Assembly (NCBI GenBank): GCA_016933335.1
Contig: JAFGBD010000018.1
Location: 3 to 64,002, forward strand
Direction of reading: 5' to 3'
Length of the DNA: 64,000 bases
DNA from: Bacteroidales bacterium
GTDB taxonomy: Bacteria > Bacteroidota > Bacteroidia > Bacteroidales > UBA10428
In this document: one piece after another, positions 28,632 through 38,620 of the stretch
Layout of the letters: each line of letters opens with the position of its first letter
Numbering within the stretch: the stretch's first letter is position 1
Notes under the pieces: model-generated
What the model was told of the DNA's origin: nothing
Database searches by the model: none
What the model saw: only the letters and a program-made list of their open reading frames with translations
Program-made: the position numbers and the translations under genes

Positions 28632-29258
28632 TTAATCTTCTGTGAACCTTATTAATTCAATAAACAGTCTCTCTGTGGGCAATCCCATAACATTGTAATA
28701 AGAACCTTCAATTTTCTCTATCCCGACATAGCCGATCCATTCCTGAATACCGTAAGCGCCTGCTTTATCATACGGTTTGTAATTACTGACGTAATAAGAG
28801 ATTTCATATGGGCTGAGATTCCGGAAACTGACATCAGAACATGAACAAAAAGCCGATTCTTTATCCGTTGATTTAATGCAAACGCCGGTAAGGACCTGGT
28901 GAGTCCTTCCGGACAGCCTTGACAGTATCTTTGTTGCATCTGCATAGTCTGCCGGTTTGCCCAGTACTTTATTATCAATATACACAATCGTATCGGCAGT
29001 TATCAGAATGGTATTGCTGTCCATATATTTAAGGTACTGTTTACTTTTCTGCCTGGCCAGAAAAACCGGAATTTCCTGCATGGCAAGATTCGGAGGATAG
29101 TATTCATCCTGTTCATCATGGGTGATAACCTCAAATCTGATGCCCAATCCGTCAAGAAGGTTCTTTCGTCTGGGAGACCGGGAGCCTAAAATAATTCTGT
29201 GCTGATTGATTTTATGAAGGACATCCACCTGAACTGAATTAAATGATGATTCTATCAT
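28632..29258 (-). CDS. maf: Maf family nucleoside triphosphate pyrophosphatase
   Basis: ILGSRSPRRKNLL, ADTIV and KAGAYGIQE motifs. 208 aa. Confidence 0.9.
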   Translation of the reverse strand: MIESSFNSVQVDVLHKINQHRIILGSRSPRRKNLLDGLGIRFEVITHDEQDEYYPPNLAMQEIPVFLARQKSKQYLKYMDSNTILITADTIVYIDNKVLGKPADYADATKILSRLSGRTHQVLTGVCIKSTDKESAFCSCSDVSFRNLSPYEISYYVSNYKPYDKAGAYGIQEWIGYVGIEKIEGSYYNVMGLPTERLFIELIRFTED

Positions 29259-29263
29259 AAATA

Positions 29264-30238
29264 TTAAATGATCAAATAATGATTGACGATGAAATGCCTG
29301 GCAATAAAAGCAAATAATATACCTGTCAGCATCATTATTTTCAGAATTGAACTGATATTCCGGTATTTTTTTCTGGAATCTGCCTTATAGAGTAAGAAGG
29401 CAATAACAATAAGGGGCAAGAGTTGAAATATGATCAGGTAAACGAGCGTAATACTGTAACGAAGATGAAAATAGTAGACGTAGATAAGACCAAATGCAAA
29501 AATGAGTATCAATCCGTAGAGAATAACCTTTGTCCATCTGGTTCCGACAACAATCGGAAGCGTTTGCATTCCGTATGCCTGATCACCTTCGAAATCCTGG
29601 GTATCCTTTACGATTTCCCTGATAAGGGATATCAGAAAGCCAAAAATTGCAAAACCGGCAATCCAGCCGGCCAACTGATTGGCATTAAGCCCCATGGCGT
29701 CGATGATACTGCCGTATTTGCTGCTTAATAGCGGCAGCTCAAATAACAGAACAAGAACAGGGACCATCCCTGTTGAAAATGAGACAATAAGATTACCAAA
29801 GATAAGCTGTTTTTTATAAGTGGTTGAATAGAACCATAATATACCGCTTCCCAGAATAAAAAGAATTCCCAGGTAAATGGCCTGAATTTTATATGCCAGG
29901 TATAACCCTGCAAGAATGCCAATACTGTTGAATACAATGTGAAATACCATTACCCATCTTCTTTTAATCAACAAACCTACGATAACCGTATCAGGACGGT
30001 TGATAAGATCGGCTTTCCGGTCGAAATAATCATTAATGACATAACCTCCTGCCGTAAGACATACAGTGGCAACCACAAGCAGGAAAAAATCGAAATTACT
30101 CATCTGCAGATCAAAACCGTTGGATTTCAACATGGGAGCAATGATGCAGTATCTCATCAGGCATTGTGTTGCAATAACCATCAGGATGTTTGGCGTTCTG
30201 ATCAGACGGAAGAATGCCCCTATATGTTTTGCCTTCAT
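29264..30238 (-). CDS. UbiA family prenyltransferase
   Basis: NDYFDRKADLIN (NDxxDxxxD) in the first cytoplasmic loop, a second D-rich motif (KDTQDFEGD), and about 8 TM helices. Start set to the ATG that overlaps the kdsC stop (TAATG, 1-nt overlap) rather than the longer ORF. Confidence 0.8.
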   Translation of the reverse strand: MKAKHIGAFFRLIRTPNILMVIATQCLMRYCIIAPMLKSNGFDLQMSNFDFFLLVVATVCLTAGGYVINDYFDRKADLINRPDTVIVGLLIKRRWVMVFHIVFNSIGILAGLYLAYKIQAIYLGILFILGSGILWFYSTTYKKQLIFGNLIVSFSTGMVPVLVLLFELPLLSSKYGSIIDAMGLNANQLAGWIAGFAIFGFLISLIREIVKDTQDFEGDQAYGMQTLPIVVGTRWTKVILYGLILIFAFGLIYVYYFHLRYSITLVYLIIFQLLPLIVIAFLLYKADSRKKYRNISSILKIMMLTGILFAFIARHFIVNHYLII

Positions 30239-30765
30239 TACCATAAAAATGCACCTTCTATCATCCATTTATTGTGCAAACGCAAGACTTGTTCAATTAC
30301 ATCCCTTACACATCCCTCACCACCGCTTTTATCTGAAATATACTTGGAAATTTCTTTAATCTCCTCGACTGCATCGGACGGACAGGTTGGTACCCCTGCT
30401 TTTTTCATGATCTCATAATCCGGCAGATCATCTCCCATATACAGGATATTGCTGTGCTCAAGATTGTATTTTATGCGAAAATGATCATAATCCTGATATT
30501 TATTGGATGATTTCAAATAAATGTCCCTGACCCCAAGATATTCAAACCTTTTTCTGATGATATCCGAATTTCCCCCTGTTATCACGGCAACGGGGTATCC
30601 CTGTTTGATACAATATTGTACAGCATAGCCATCCTTGATATTCATCACCCGTAAAAACTCACCCTTGGGATATAAGAATACCGTCCCGTTTGTAAAAACG
30701 CCATCTACATCAAATGCAAATGCTTTTACGTTCATCAGGTCCTGCTTAAAGTTCTTTAATTCCAT
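30238..30765 (-). CDS. kdsC: KDO 8-phosphate phosphatase (HAD-IIIA)
   Basis: HAD motif I FAFDVDGVFTNG, a GDDLPD motif and SGGEG.VRD. 175 aa. Confidence 0.85.
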   Translation of the reverse strand: MELKNFKQDLMNVKAFAFDVDGVFTNGTVFLYPKGEFLRVMNIKDGYAVQYCIKQGYPVAVITGGNSDIIRKRFEYLGVRDIYLKSSNKYQDYDHFRIKYNLEHSNILYMGDDLPDYEIMKKAGVPTCPSDAVEEIKEISKYISDKSGGEGCVRDVIEQVLRLHNKWMIEGAFLW

Positions 30766-30795
30766 TCTTCCAATAATTGCCGGCAGATTACAAAT

Positions 30796-31584
30796 TTATA
30801 ATTCATCTGTTAAATACTTCCGGATATTTTCAGATAAAATTTGATATATCTCTTTGATGGGCGGATTATGCTCAAGCATCTTTATATGCTTGTCCATCAG
30901 TATCCTGTTATTCCTTAGTGCAGGACCCGTCTGGGCTTCCCGGGGTTTCATGCAGGTTGCTTTTGTTGCTGTTTCAATAATCAATGAATGAAGGATTGAA
31001 TAATCCAGATTATGCTTGTTCAGTATCTGTTCTGCAATTGAATACATATGATTTGTAAAATTACAGGCAAAAACTGCAGACAAATGCAATGTTGCCCGTT
31101 GCTCTGAATTAACAGAAAAGACTTTGCCGGAAAGAAGTTCCGCCAGCCATATGAGTCTGTCGAGATTTTCCTGTTTATTTGCTTCGATGCAGAGTGGCAC
31201 ATCCTCAAAATGAATATCACGGCCTTTGGTGAAGGTTTGTAACGGGTACAATACTCCGTAATTTTCAAACTGTTCTTTAAATACCGACATTGGAACACTA
31301 CCGGCAGTATGAATAACCAGTTGGCTGCCCGGAGGAATTTTTCTCACCACTTCCCCGATTGCGTCATCTGTGACAGCGATGATATAGATATCGGCATTGA
31401 GAAGTATCGTTCCCGGATCCACTGTATAACCTGCTTTTAAGATTCCTGCCAGTTCCTCTGCCGGATCTGCTCTTCTTCCCAAAACCTGCAATATCCTGAT
31501 TTTTTTGGATTGCAGAGCCATTCCAAGGTGCCAGGCAACATTACCTGTACCGATAATTACTGCTGATTGAATGTGGTCCGGCAT
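30796..31584 (-). CDS. Rossmann-like / DUF2520 domain protein (ProC-like fold)
   Basis: N-terminal VIIGTGNVAWHLG dinucleotide-fold motif. 262 aa. It occupies the conserved Bacteroidota position upstream of kdsC-ubiA-maf. Confidence 0.65.
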   Translation of the reverse strand: MPDHIQSAVIIGTGNVAWHLGMALQSKKIRILQVLGRRADPAEELAGILKAGYTVDPGTILLNADIYIIAVTDDAIGEVVRKIPPGSQLVIHTAGSVPMSVFKEQFENYGVLYPLQTFTKGRDIHFEDVPLCIEANKQENLDRLIWLAELLSGKVFSVNSEQRATLHLSAVFACNFTNHMYSIAEQILNKHNLDYSILHSLIIETATKATCMKPREAQTGPALRNNRILMDKHIKMLEHNPPIKEIYQILSENIRKYLTDEL

Positions 31585-31594
31585 CTAGAAATCA

Positions 31595-33646
31595 TTATAA
31601 GCCTGCATTTTCATAGTTGATTTTTATCAGTTTGGCAGGCTCTTCATCTTCATTACCAATTTGCCTGACGACTGTGAACAGGTTAAAATACTTTAGCTCG
31701 ATATAATAAAGATATCTTCTGATTGTATTTACTGTCCGGTCGGTCTTCATCTTCGGGTTCATCCTCAGGCTGGCCATTATAACATAACTGACATTGTTTT
31801 TTTTCAGGTTGTTCAAAAGAGAATCGGGATATATGCCGTAACTCTGTTCGGTGCCATTACGAAGTACCTGCAGAAAGGTATCAGGTTCAAGGTAATAATG
31901 AATACCATAATGCCTGCATGCACTGACCAAAGGATTCTCTGCTGAATCATACAGTTGATGGACCCCGTAAAGATCCGAGGACTGACCGATCACAGCATCA
32001 GTTGATCTCCTGATTTGCATCTGTGTCATAACCGGCACTTTTTGCCTGCCCAGGTCACTCAAATTATATATGCAGATCTTTCTGTTCTCCCTTTTAAACC
32101 GGTTGATGATCGAATCACCGTTTTCAAGGGGTATTCTGTATATTCCATAAAACTCTTTGCCCTTGGAATAGATAAATGACATGGAGGGTTTCCGTGAAGC
32201 AACACCGGCATCATCAGGCAGGTTTTTACCCACCCATTCACTCATCTTTAGAAAATTGACCCAGTCAGGAGTAAATCCATAATACAGGTTGCCACTGATG
32301 TTTTTCTTCAGAATCTCATCATTATCCCTGGCTTTCTGAATGGATTGGCCCAAAGACTTGAAAAAGATAAAAATAAACAGAAACAGAAGAAGCGGATAAA
32401 GAATACCCAGTCTTTTGGTTTTAGAAAGTTCGTCGATGCCGGATGCAAGAAAAAGAATGATCAGCGGAACAAAAACCACAATCATCCTGAGCTGCCCCCA
32501 TGACTGGTTAAGTGTTATAAATGTGGTAAATACGGCTATCCCCAGATAGATACCGGTAAGCAGCATCGACTTGTTTTTTCTGAATGCAAAATAAAGGCCG
32601 GAAAAAAAAAGGATAATGAGAATGAGAGCCGGGAAAAAAGAAGCATCTGTTTTATCTGCACTTCTCAGCGCAATTGACGCAAAGAAATGACGTGACAGGT
32701 ACATCTTCATATTTGCAAAAAAGCGTGTTACCATACCTGCAAAATCTTCTTTTCCCAGGGCGGCATTATACGGATTCTTAAGAAGGATATAATCCGTTTG
32801 CTGTGCCAGCGCAGATTTATCAATATCCCAGGATACTCTCTTGTAAAACTCGAATGAATAAGTAAAAAACAGGTAGAGAATAACTACATAGATAATGGCA
32901 TAATATTTCCGGTCAAGTATCAGATAGGCTGCCAGGCTTAGCAGCATGGCCAGGCCGATATTTCTGGTTATTACGAGTAAGAATATCAGAAATGTTGAGG
33001 AGATCCACAACGGCCAAAGATGAAGGTTGTTCAGTTTGTTTTCCTTCAGTCTGTCCAGAAGTTTAAATACAAGAAAGAAACACAGCGATTGCAGAAACAT
33101 AAACATGGCTTCGCTGTATGTCTGGCTGCTGAAAAAGAGTATATTTGAACTCACCGAGATGATCAGCATGGTGAATACCAGCAACGTGGAACTGATCCGG
33201 TCTTTGAAGGTGAGATAGAAAAATATGAGATGCCCGAGAATAAACAGATAGGAAGTCAGCTTGAGAACAAACAGATTGATGCCGAAGATTGCCACCGGTA
33301 TCCCCAGGAATATGGAATAAAACTCTCCGTGGAAAGTAGGGAATGCTTTCCCTTTGATAAACCGGTGTGCCATCTCGATGTAACTTGAATCATCACCACC
33401 TTCATTAATTTTGATATCAAAAAGATATAGTCCAAGGATGGCTGTCAGAAGTAAAGATATGATAAAAAAAAGCGTTGATTTTTTTCTGAAATAATTCTCA
33501 ATGGTCAGTCTGAATCCTTTTTCACCGGATGATTCCCGCGAAGCTGATTTTGTATTTCCCGGAATGGCAGGTTCAGGTATCCGGTTGGTATTTTTCCTGG
33601 ATTGAGGTTTTTTCCACTTATTCGACTTTTTGGATGCCATCATCAT
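31595..33646 (-). CDS. GT-C fold glycosyltransferase (ArnT/PMT, GT39/83-like) integral membrane protein
   Basis: Basic cytoplasmic N-terminus, more than 10 TM helices, and an acidic first periplasmic loop motif (NEGGDDSSYIEMAHRF) comparable to the DE..Y motif of ArnT/PMT enzymes. There is a large soluble C-terminal domain. Confidence 0.65.
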   Translation of the reverse strand: MMMASKKSNKWKKPQSRKNTNRIPEPAIPGNTKSASRESSGEKGFRLTIENYFRKKSTLFFIISLLLTAILGLYLFDIKINEGGDDSSYIEMAHRFIKGKAFPTFHGEFYSIFLGIPVAIFGINLFVLKLTSYLFILGHLIFFYLTFKDRISSTLLVFTMLIISVSSNILFFSSQTYSEAMFMFLQSLCFFLVFKLLDRLKENKLNNLHLWPLWISSTFLIFLLVITRNIGLAMLLSLAAYLILDRKYYAIIYVVILYLFFTYSFEFYKRVSWDIDKSALAQQTDYILLKNPYNAALGKEDFAGMVTRFFANMKMYLSRHFFASIALRSADKTDASFFPALILIILFFSGLYFAFRKNKSMLLTGIYLGIAVFTTFITLNQSWGQLRMIVVFVPLIILFLASGIDELSKTKRLGILYPLLLFLFIFIFFKSLGQSIQKARDNDEILKKNISGNLYYGFTPDWVNFLKMSEWVGKNLPDDAGVASRKPSMSFIYSKGKEFYGIYRIPLENGDSIINRFKRENRKICIYNLSDLGRQKVPVMTQMQIRRSTDAVIGQSSDLYGVHQLYDSAENPLVSACRHYGIHYYLEPDTFLQVLRNGTEQSYGIYPDSLLNNLKKNNVSYVIMASLRMNPKMKTDRTVNTIRRYLYYIELKYFNLFTVVRQIGNEDEEPAKLIKINYENAGL

Positions 33647-33798
33647 AAAAATTAGGGTTTAGGCTATATTTTCTGCTAAAATAATCATTTTGAATGATAC
33701 CGTTACATATTATTGTATAACTGCAAAAGCCGATAGAAATAATTTAATTATATTTGAGGCCTTCAAAAAAATTCACATAATAACACATTTGTTTAAAA

Positions 33799-35235
33799 AT
33801 GTCTGCATTTGTTTCAGATCAGTTAAAATCTCATTATGACAGGCTTGCCGGGAAAAGAAAGAAGTACCTGAACCGTAACAGGTATTACCACCGTTCAATA
33901 TTGAAGTTTTTCAGGATGGTTATTCCAAAGGGAGCAAGCATACTGGAGCTGGGGTGTGCAACCGGTGATCTGATAGGAAAGCTGGAGCCTTCTCATGGTG
34001 TGGGTGTGGATATCAGCGGCGATATGATCAGGCTGGCAACAGAAAAATATCCTCATATCCGTTTTATTTGTGAAGATGCCGAAAGGTTCGATACGAAAGA
34101 GAAATTTGATTATATCATTGTTTCCGGTATCGTAGGTACCATCGGGAACATACAGGTACTCTTTGAGAGAATGCAGAACTGGGTAACGACAGACAGCCGT
34201 GTTTTTGTTGATTTTTATAATCCCTTATGGTATCCGTTGATCAGGATGGGAGAAAAGACAGGCCTGAAAATGCCTGAGAAGATAAGAAACTGGCTTTCTG
34301 TAGACGACATCGAAAACTTTCTGTACATCTCGGGATACCAGGTTATCAAGAGAAAGTACCTGATGTTTTTTCCCAAATTCATACCTGTCATCACCTATAT
34401 TCTTAATAAGTTTATTGGGAACCTTCCTGTCATAAGAAGGTTTTCACTTAACAGCGTCGTTATCGCGAGGCTTTTGAAAGCAAAGGAGAATGCGGGTGAG
34501 CGCTCATGTTCTGTTGTGATCACATGCCGCGATGAAGAGGGAAATATTGAAGGCCTTGTAACCAGGATGCCCAAAATGGGCAAGAACACCGAAATTATTT
34601 TCGTGGAAGGACATTCAAAGGACAATACGGTTGAAAGAATCAGGGAGATGATAAAAAAATATCCTGATAAAGACATCAGACTTTTAAAGCAAAAAGGAAT
34701 AGGACAGGGTGATGCATTCAGATACGGATATGATGAAGCCAGGGGGGATTTTGTTATCTGGCTGGAAGCAGACCTGACCACCCCGCCCGAGGAAGCTATC
34801 CATTTCTGGGAAGCGTATATCAACAACACAGGCGAATATGTAAACGGCAGCAGGTTCATATACAAAATGGAAAGAAGTGCCATGCCGTTATTTAATTTTC
34901 TTGGCAACCGTTTTTTCGGGATCTTATTTACCATCCTCCTGAAGCAGAGGTTTACAGATACATTATGTGGATTTAAGGGGATTTCCAAGAAAAACTATAT
35001 TAAAATAAGAGAACAGATCGACTACTTCGGTGATTTTGATCCGTTTGGCGATTTTGAACTGATATTTGGTTCCATCAGGAATAACCTGAAGGTAGCAGAG
35101 CTACCGGTTCACTATCAGCCGAGGCAATATGGCGAGTCAAAAGCTTACGGACAGTCTTTCTTCAGCTTCATGAAGCATGCCTGGCTGCTTTTCAGGATGA
35201 GTTTTATTGCATTTAGAAAATTCATTATATCATAA
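33799..35235 (+). CDS. Bifunctional class I SAM methyltransferase / GT2 polyprenyl-phosphate glycosyltransferase-like protein
   Basis: N-terminal SAM motif I (ILELGCATGDL). The C-terminal GT2 region has SVVITCRDEEGNI, IIFVEGHSKDNT and a WLEADL (DxD-like) motif. The stop overlaps the next start (TAATG). Confidence 0.8.
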   Translation: MSAFVSDQLKSHYDRLAGKRKKYLNRNRYYHRSILKFFRMVIPKGASILELGCATGDLIGKLEPSHGVGVDISGDMIRLATEKYPHIRFICEDAERFDTKEKFDYIIVSGIVGTIGNIQVLFERMQNWVTTDSRVFVDFYNPLWYPLIRMGEKTGLKMPEKIRNWLSVDDIENFLYISGYQVIKRKYLMFFPKFIPVITYILNKFIGNLPVIRRFSLNSVVIARLLKAKENAGERSCSVVITCRDEEGNIEGLVTRMPKMGKNTEIIFVEGHSKDNTVERIREMIKKYPDKDIRLLKQKGIGQGDAFRYGYDEARGDFVIWLEADLTTPPEEAIHFWEAYINNTGEYVNGSRFIYKMERSAMPLFNFLGNRFFGILFTILLKQRFTDTLCGFKGISKKNYIKIREQIDYFGDFDPFGDFELIFGSIRNNLKVAELPVHYQPRQYGESKAYGQSFFSFMKHAWLLFRMSFIAFRKFIIS

Positions 35236-35987
35236 TGGATAAATCCGTATTTGAAAAGATACATCAGCTGCAGATAAACGGATTCTGGTTTGGTGCCGGA
35301 CGAAACAGGATGACCTTGTCACTGCTTGAGAAACATGATCAGGAACTCGGGTCTCATATGATCCTTGATATCGGTTCCAGTGAGGGCGCTTTTCTTGATT
35401 ACCTGAACAACCATCATCTTAAATTCAAAGGCATTGATATCGACGAAAATGCGCTTGAATTTTGCAGGGAAAGAGGATATGGCGATCGTATTCAGTATGG
35501 TGATATCAGGGAGATCCCTTTTCAGGAGAATTCATTTGATGTCGCGACAGCTCTTGATATTGTCGAACATGTTGATGACGATCAGAAAGCCATGAAAGAA
35601 ATATCAAGGGTGCTCGTGAAAGGAGGCATTGCCCTTGTTATCGTTCCTGCATATCAATGGTTGTGGAGCAGGAATGATGAATTATACCATCATCAGCGAA
35701 GATACAGCAAAAAGGCCTTTGTGATGCTATCATCGAACAGTGGTTTTGAAACAGGACAGTGGAGCCATTTTAATTTTTTTCTGTTCCCGCTGTTTGTCCT
35801 TGCAACCATATTTTCCAAATTGTTCCCCGGTCGTATCAAAAATTCAACAGTGTTAAAGCCCCTGCCCAAACCTGTTAATTATCTGCTGAAACAAATTATG
35901 TACCTTGAATCCTGGATGATATCCAGGCTTGGGATCAGGTTTCCTTTTGGTTCGTCCATGATTTTTGTCTTAAAAAAAATCAAATAG
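35235..35987 (+). CDS. Class I SAM-dependent methyltransferase
   Basis: Motif I ILDIGSSEGAF, motif post-I GIDIDE, and DVATALDIVEHV. 250 aa. Confidence 0.85.
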   Translation: MDKSVFEKIHQLQINGFWFGAGRNRMTLSLLEKHDQELGSHMILDIGSSEGAFLDYLNNHHLKFKGIDIDENALEFCRERGYGDRIQYGDIREIPFQENSFDVATALDIVEHVDDDQKAMKEISRVLVKGGIALVIVPAYQWLWSRNDELYHHQRRYSKKAFVMLSSNSGFETGQWSHFNFFLFPLFVLATIFSKLFPGRIKNSTVLKPLPKPVNYLLKQIMYLESWMISRLGIRFPFGSSMIFVLKKIK

Positions 35988-35988
35988 T

Positions 35989-37089
35989 ATGTCATATAAA
36001 ATATTCCAGATACAACCTTATTTTGATCATTCGGAGATAAAAAACCTTAAAAAGGCCATTAAAACAGGATGGGTCACTGAAGGCCCTTTCTCAGGCGAAT
36101 TTCTTGATATGCTTAAAACATTCACAGGTGCAAAATATGCAGTACTGGCCAACAACGGTACACTGGCCCTGTTCCTTTCGCTGCTGGCCATTGATGTGAA
36201 AGAGGGTGACGAGGTGATCGTGCCTGATTTCACTTTTAATGCATCCGCTGCTTCCATTGCCTTTACAGGTGCAAAACCTGTTTTTGTTGATATCAGTCCG
36301 GATGATCTGCAGATAGATACAACAAAAATTGAAAATGCCATTACTGAAAACACCAGGGCCATTATGCCGGTCCATATTTATGGACAGTCGTGTGATATGG
36401 ATCCCGTCATGGAGATTGCCGGTAAGCACCATCTGAAAGTGGTGGAGGATGCCGCACAGGGTTTTGGCGTGTTTTATAAAGGCAGGCATACCGGCACCAT
36501 TGGAGATGTGGGAATGATTTCTTTCTTTGCCGATAAAACCATTACTACAGGAGAGGGTGCTGTTGTCTTAACCGACAATGAGGACATTTTCAATAAGCTG
36601 AAGATGCTCAGAAACCAGGGTCGTCCAAGCAGCGGAACATTTATTCATCCCGAGCTGGGAATGAATTTCCGGATGACCGATCTTCAATGTGCGGTTGGGG
36701 TTGCCCAGACTAAAAAATTTAAGACCATTGAAAAGATCAAAGCCAGGAATCACCGGCTTTATGAAGAATACCTGAAAGAGTTACCTGAAATCGAATTCAT
36801 CAAAATAAATGATTTTTCCACTTTCGTGCCTTTCAGGGTAAATGTGAAAGTACCCGGACTCGAAGAACTTATAGATTATCTGGAAAAACAGGGTATTCAG
36901 ACACGACGGATGTTTTACCCCTTGCACCGGCAACCGTGTTTCAGCCATCTGAATTATAAGGAGGATGATTTTCCGGTTGCCCGGGAGGCTTATCAGAAGG
37001 GGATGTCATTGCCTATTCATTGCGGATTAAGGAAGGATGATATTAGGTATATATGTTCTTCGATCAAGGACTTTTATGCAAAAAAGTAA
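35989..37089 (+). CDS. DegT/DnrJ/EryC1/StrS family sugar aminotransferase (PLP-dependent)
   Basis: ANNGTLAL, VEDAAQGFG and SFFADKTITTGEGA (the PLP lysine). 366 aa. Confidence 0.9.
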   Translation: MSYKIFQIQPYFDHSEIKNLKKAIKTGWVTEGPFSGEFLDMLKTFTGAKYAVLANNGTLALFLSLLAIDVKEGDEVIVPDFTFNASAASIAFTGAKPVFVDISPDDLQIDTTKIENAITENTRAIMPVHIYGQSCDMDPVMEIAGKHHLKVVEDAAQGFGVFYKGRHTGTIGDVGMISFFADKTITTGEGAVVLTDNEDIFNKLKMLRNQGRPSSGTFIHPELGMNFRMTDLQCAVGVAQTKKFKTIEKIKARNHRLYEEYLKELPEIEFIKINDFSTFVPFRVNVKVPGLEELIDYLEKQGIQTRRMFYPLHRQPCFSHLNYKEDDFPVAREAYQKGMSLPIHCGLRKDDIRYICSSIKDFYAKK

Positions 37090-37675
37090 AGGACATAGTA
37101 TCGTCAGAATCACAGACATTAAATTTCTTGATGAAATAGTGACCCTTCATCTAAATGCATTTCGCAGCGTTCTATCCGGACAGACAGGCAAACATTTCCT
37201 GAAATGCTATTATAAAAACATCCTGAAAAAGGGATTTGTTTTTGTAAAGATCACGGATGGCAGATTATCAGGATTTATTGCCGGTATTGAGGATGATGAT
37301 TTACTTTACAATATAAAATATTACTTTTGGGCAGGATTTGGAATATTCACACATATCTGGTCCCCGGCATTAATAAGAAGTCTGTTCAGACATATCAAAC
37401 GGCAGCGGGCATTCAGAGACATCACGATAAAGCCTGAGCTTCTTTCAATTGCTGTCAGGGATGATATGAGGGGCAAAGGAATCGGCACTTCCCTGGTAGA
37501 TGCCCTGGAAAAATATTTCACAGAAAAACATGTACAGGTTTATAAAGTTTATACCGATATGCAATACAGCAAAGGTTCGCAATTATATGAAAAACTTGGC
37601 TTTGAGTTTCTCAGAGAAGTGGATCTTTTCGGATTGCCATTCAGACTCTATGTTAGAAACTTAAATTATAAATAA
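37076..37675 (+). CDS. GNAT family N-acetyltransferase
   Basis: Acetyl-CoA binding motif RGKGIGTSLV followed by YEKLGFEF. Start set to the ATG at 37076, overlapping the upstream stop by 14 nt; the longer ORF begins at 37037. Confidence 0.75.
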   Translation: MQKSKGHSIVRITDIKFLDEIVTLHLNAFRSVLSGQTGKHFLKCYYKNILKKGFVFVKITDGRLSGFIAGIEDDDLLYNIKYYFWAGFGIFTHIWSPALIRSLFRHIKRQRAFRDITIKPELLSIAVRDDMRGKGIGTSLVDALEKYFTEKHVQVYKVYTDMQYSKGSQLYEKLGFEFLREVDLFGLPFRLYVRNLNYK

Positions 37676-37697
37676 TTATTTCAAAACTGATATAAAT

Positions 37698-38612
37698 ATG
37701 AAGATCTTAGTTACAGGTGGAGCCGGATATAAAGGAATTGTCCTGACATCAAAACTTTTGGAGAAGGGTTATAAAGTTACCATTCTCGATAATTTTATGT
37801 ATGGTTATGAGCCCGTACTGCACCTTGTTAATAACAGGAATCTGAGCATCATTAAGGCTGATATAAGAAATAAGATCGATCATCTTTCCAGGTACGATGT
37901 GATTTTTCATCTTGCCGCGATCAGCGGTTATCCTGCCTGTGCGGCAAATCCTCATTCGGCGCATTTGATCAATGTACAGGCAACAAGAAATATCTTAAGA
38001 AACCTGGGTAAAAACCAGTTCATCATTTATGCTTCAACAACCTCGTTTTATGGCCGCTCAGGCAAGCCCTGCAATGAGAAGACACCAATCAATCCCTTTA
38101 GCGTTTATGCCAACACAAAGTACATGGCTGAACAGATAATCCTTGAGAAGGAAAATTCAGTGGCCCTGAGGTTTGCAACCATTTTCGGCTTCAGTCCCAA
38201 AATGCGTATTGACCTGATGGTTAATGATTTTGCTTACAAGGCGGCTAAGGAGGGCGTACTTGTGCTTTTCGACAGTTTTGCCAAAAGAACTTTTATGCAC
38301 ATTACGGATGCAGCCAGGGCTTACATCTTTACACTGGATAATCTTGAAAAAATGAAAGGAGGCATATACAATGCCGGGGGAAACCATCTCAACTATTCAA
38401 AACTTGAGATTGCCAGCATGATAAAGGAAAGGGTGGATTATAATATCATCGATTCACAGGTTCAGGACAAGGATTTGCGGCATTTCATCGTTAACTATGA
38501 CAAGATCGAAAAGCTTGGATTTAAGCCAAAGATCTCGGTTGAAGAAGGAATTGACGAGCTGTTGAAGGTTTACAAATTCTATGAATACTACTCGCATTTT
38601 AAGACGATATAG
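37698..38612 (+). CDS. NAD-dependent sugar epimerase/dehydratase (SDR)
   Basis: VTGGAGYKG glycine-rich motif and catalytic YANTK (YxxxK). 304 aa. Confidence 0.9.
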   Translation: MKILVTGGAGYKGIVLTSKLLEKGYKVTILDNFMYGYEPVLHLVNNRNLSIIKADIRNKIDHLSRYDVIFHLAAISGYPACAANPHSAHLINVQATRNILRNLGKNQFIIYASTTSFYGRSGKPCNEKTPINPFSVYANTKYMAEQIILEKENSVALRFATIFGFSPKMRIDLMVNDFAYKAAKEGVLVLFDSFAKRTFMHITDAARAYIFTLDNLEKMKGGIYNAGGNHLNYSKLEIASMIKERVDYNIIDSQVQDKDLRHFIVNYDKIEKLGFKPKISVEEGIDELLKVYKFYEYYSHFKTI

Positions 38613-38620
38613 TTGATATA

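Noticed and set aside
34395-34988. 197-aa minus-strand ORF inside the MT-GT2 gene. Similar long antisense ORFs occur at 51298-51795, 63068-63568, 55401-55727, 36091-36489, 40247-40636 and 42911-43294
   Set aside because: All are fully nested antisense to genes with strong family motifs. They have no recognisable motifs of their own and have skewed low-complexity composition.
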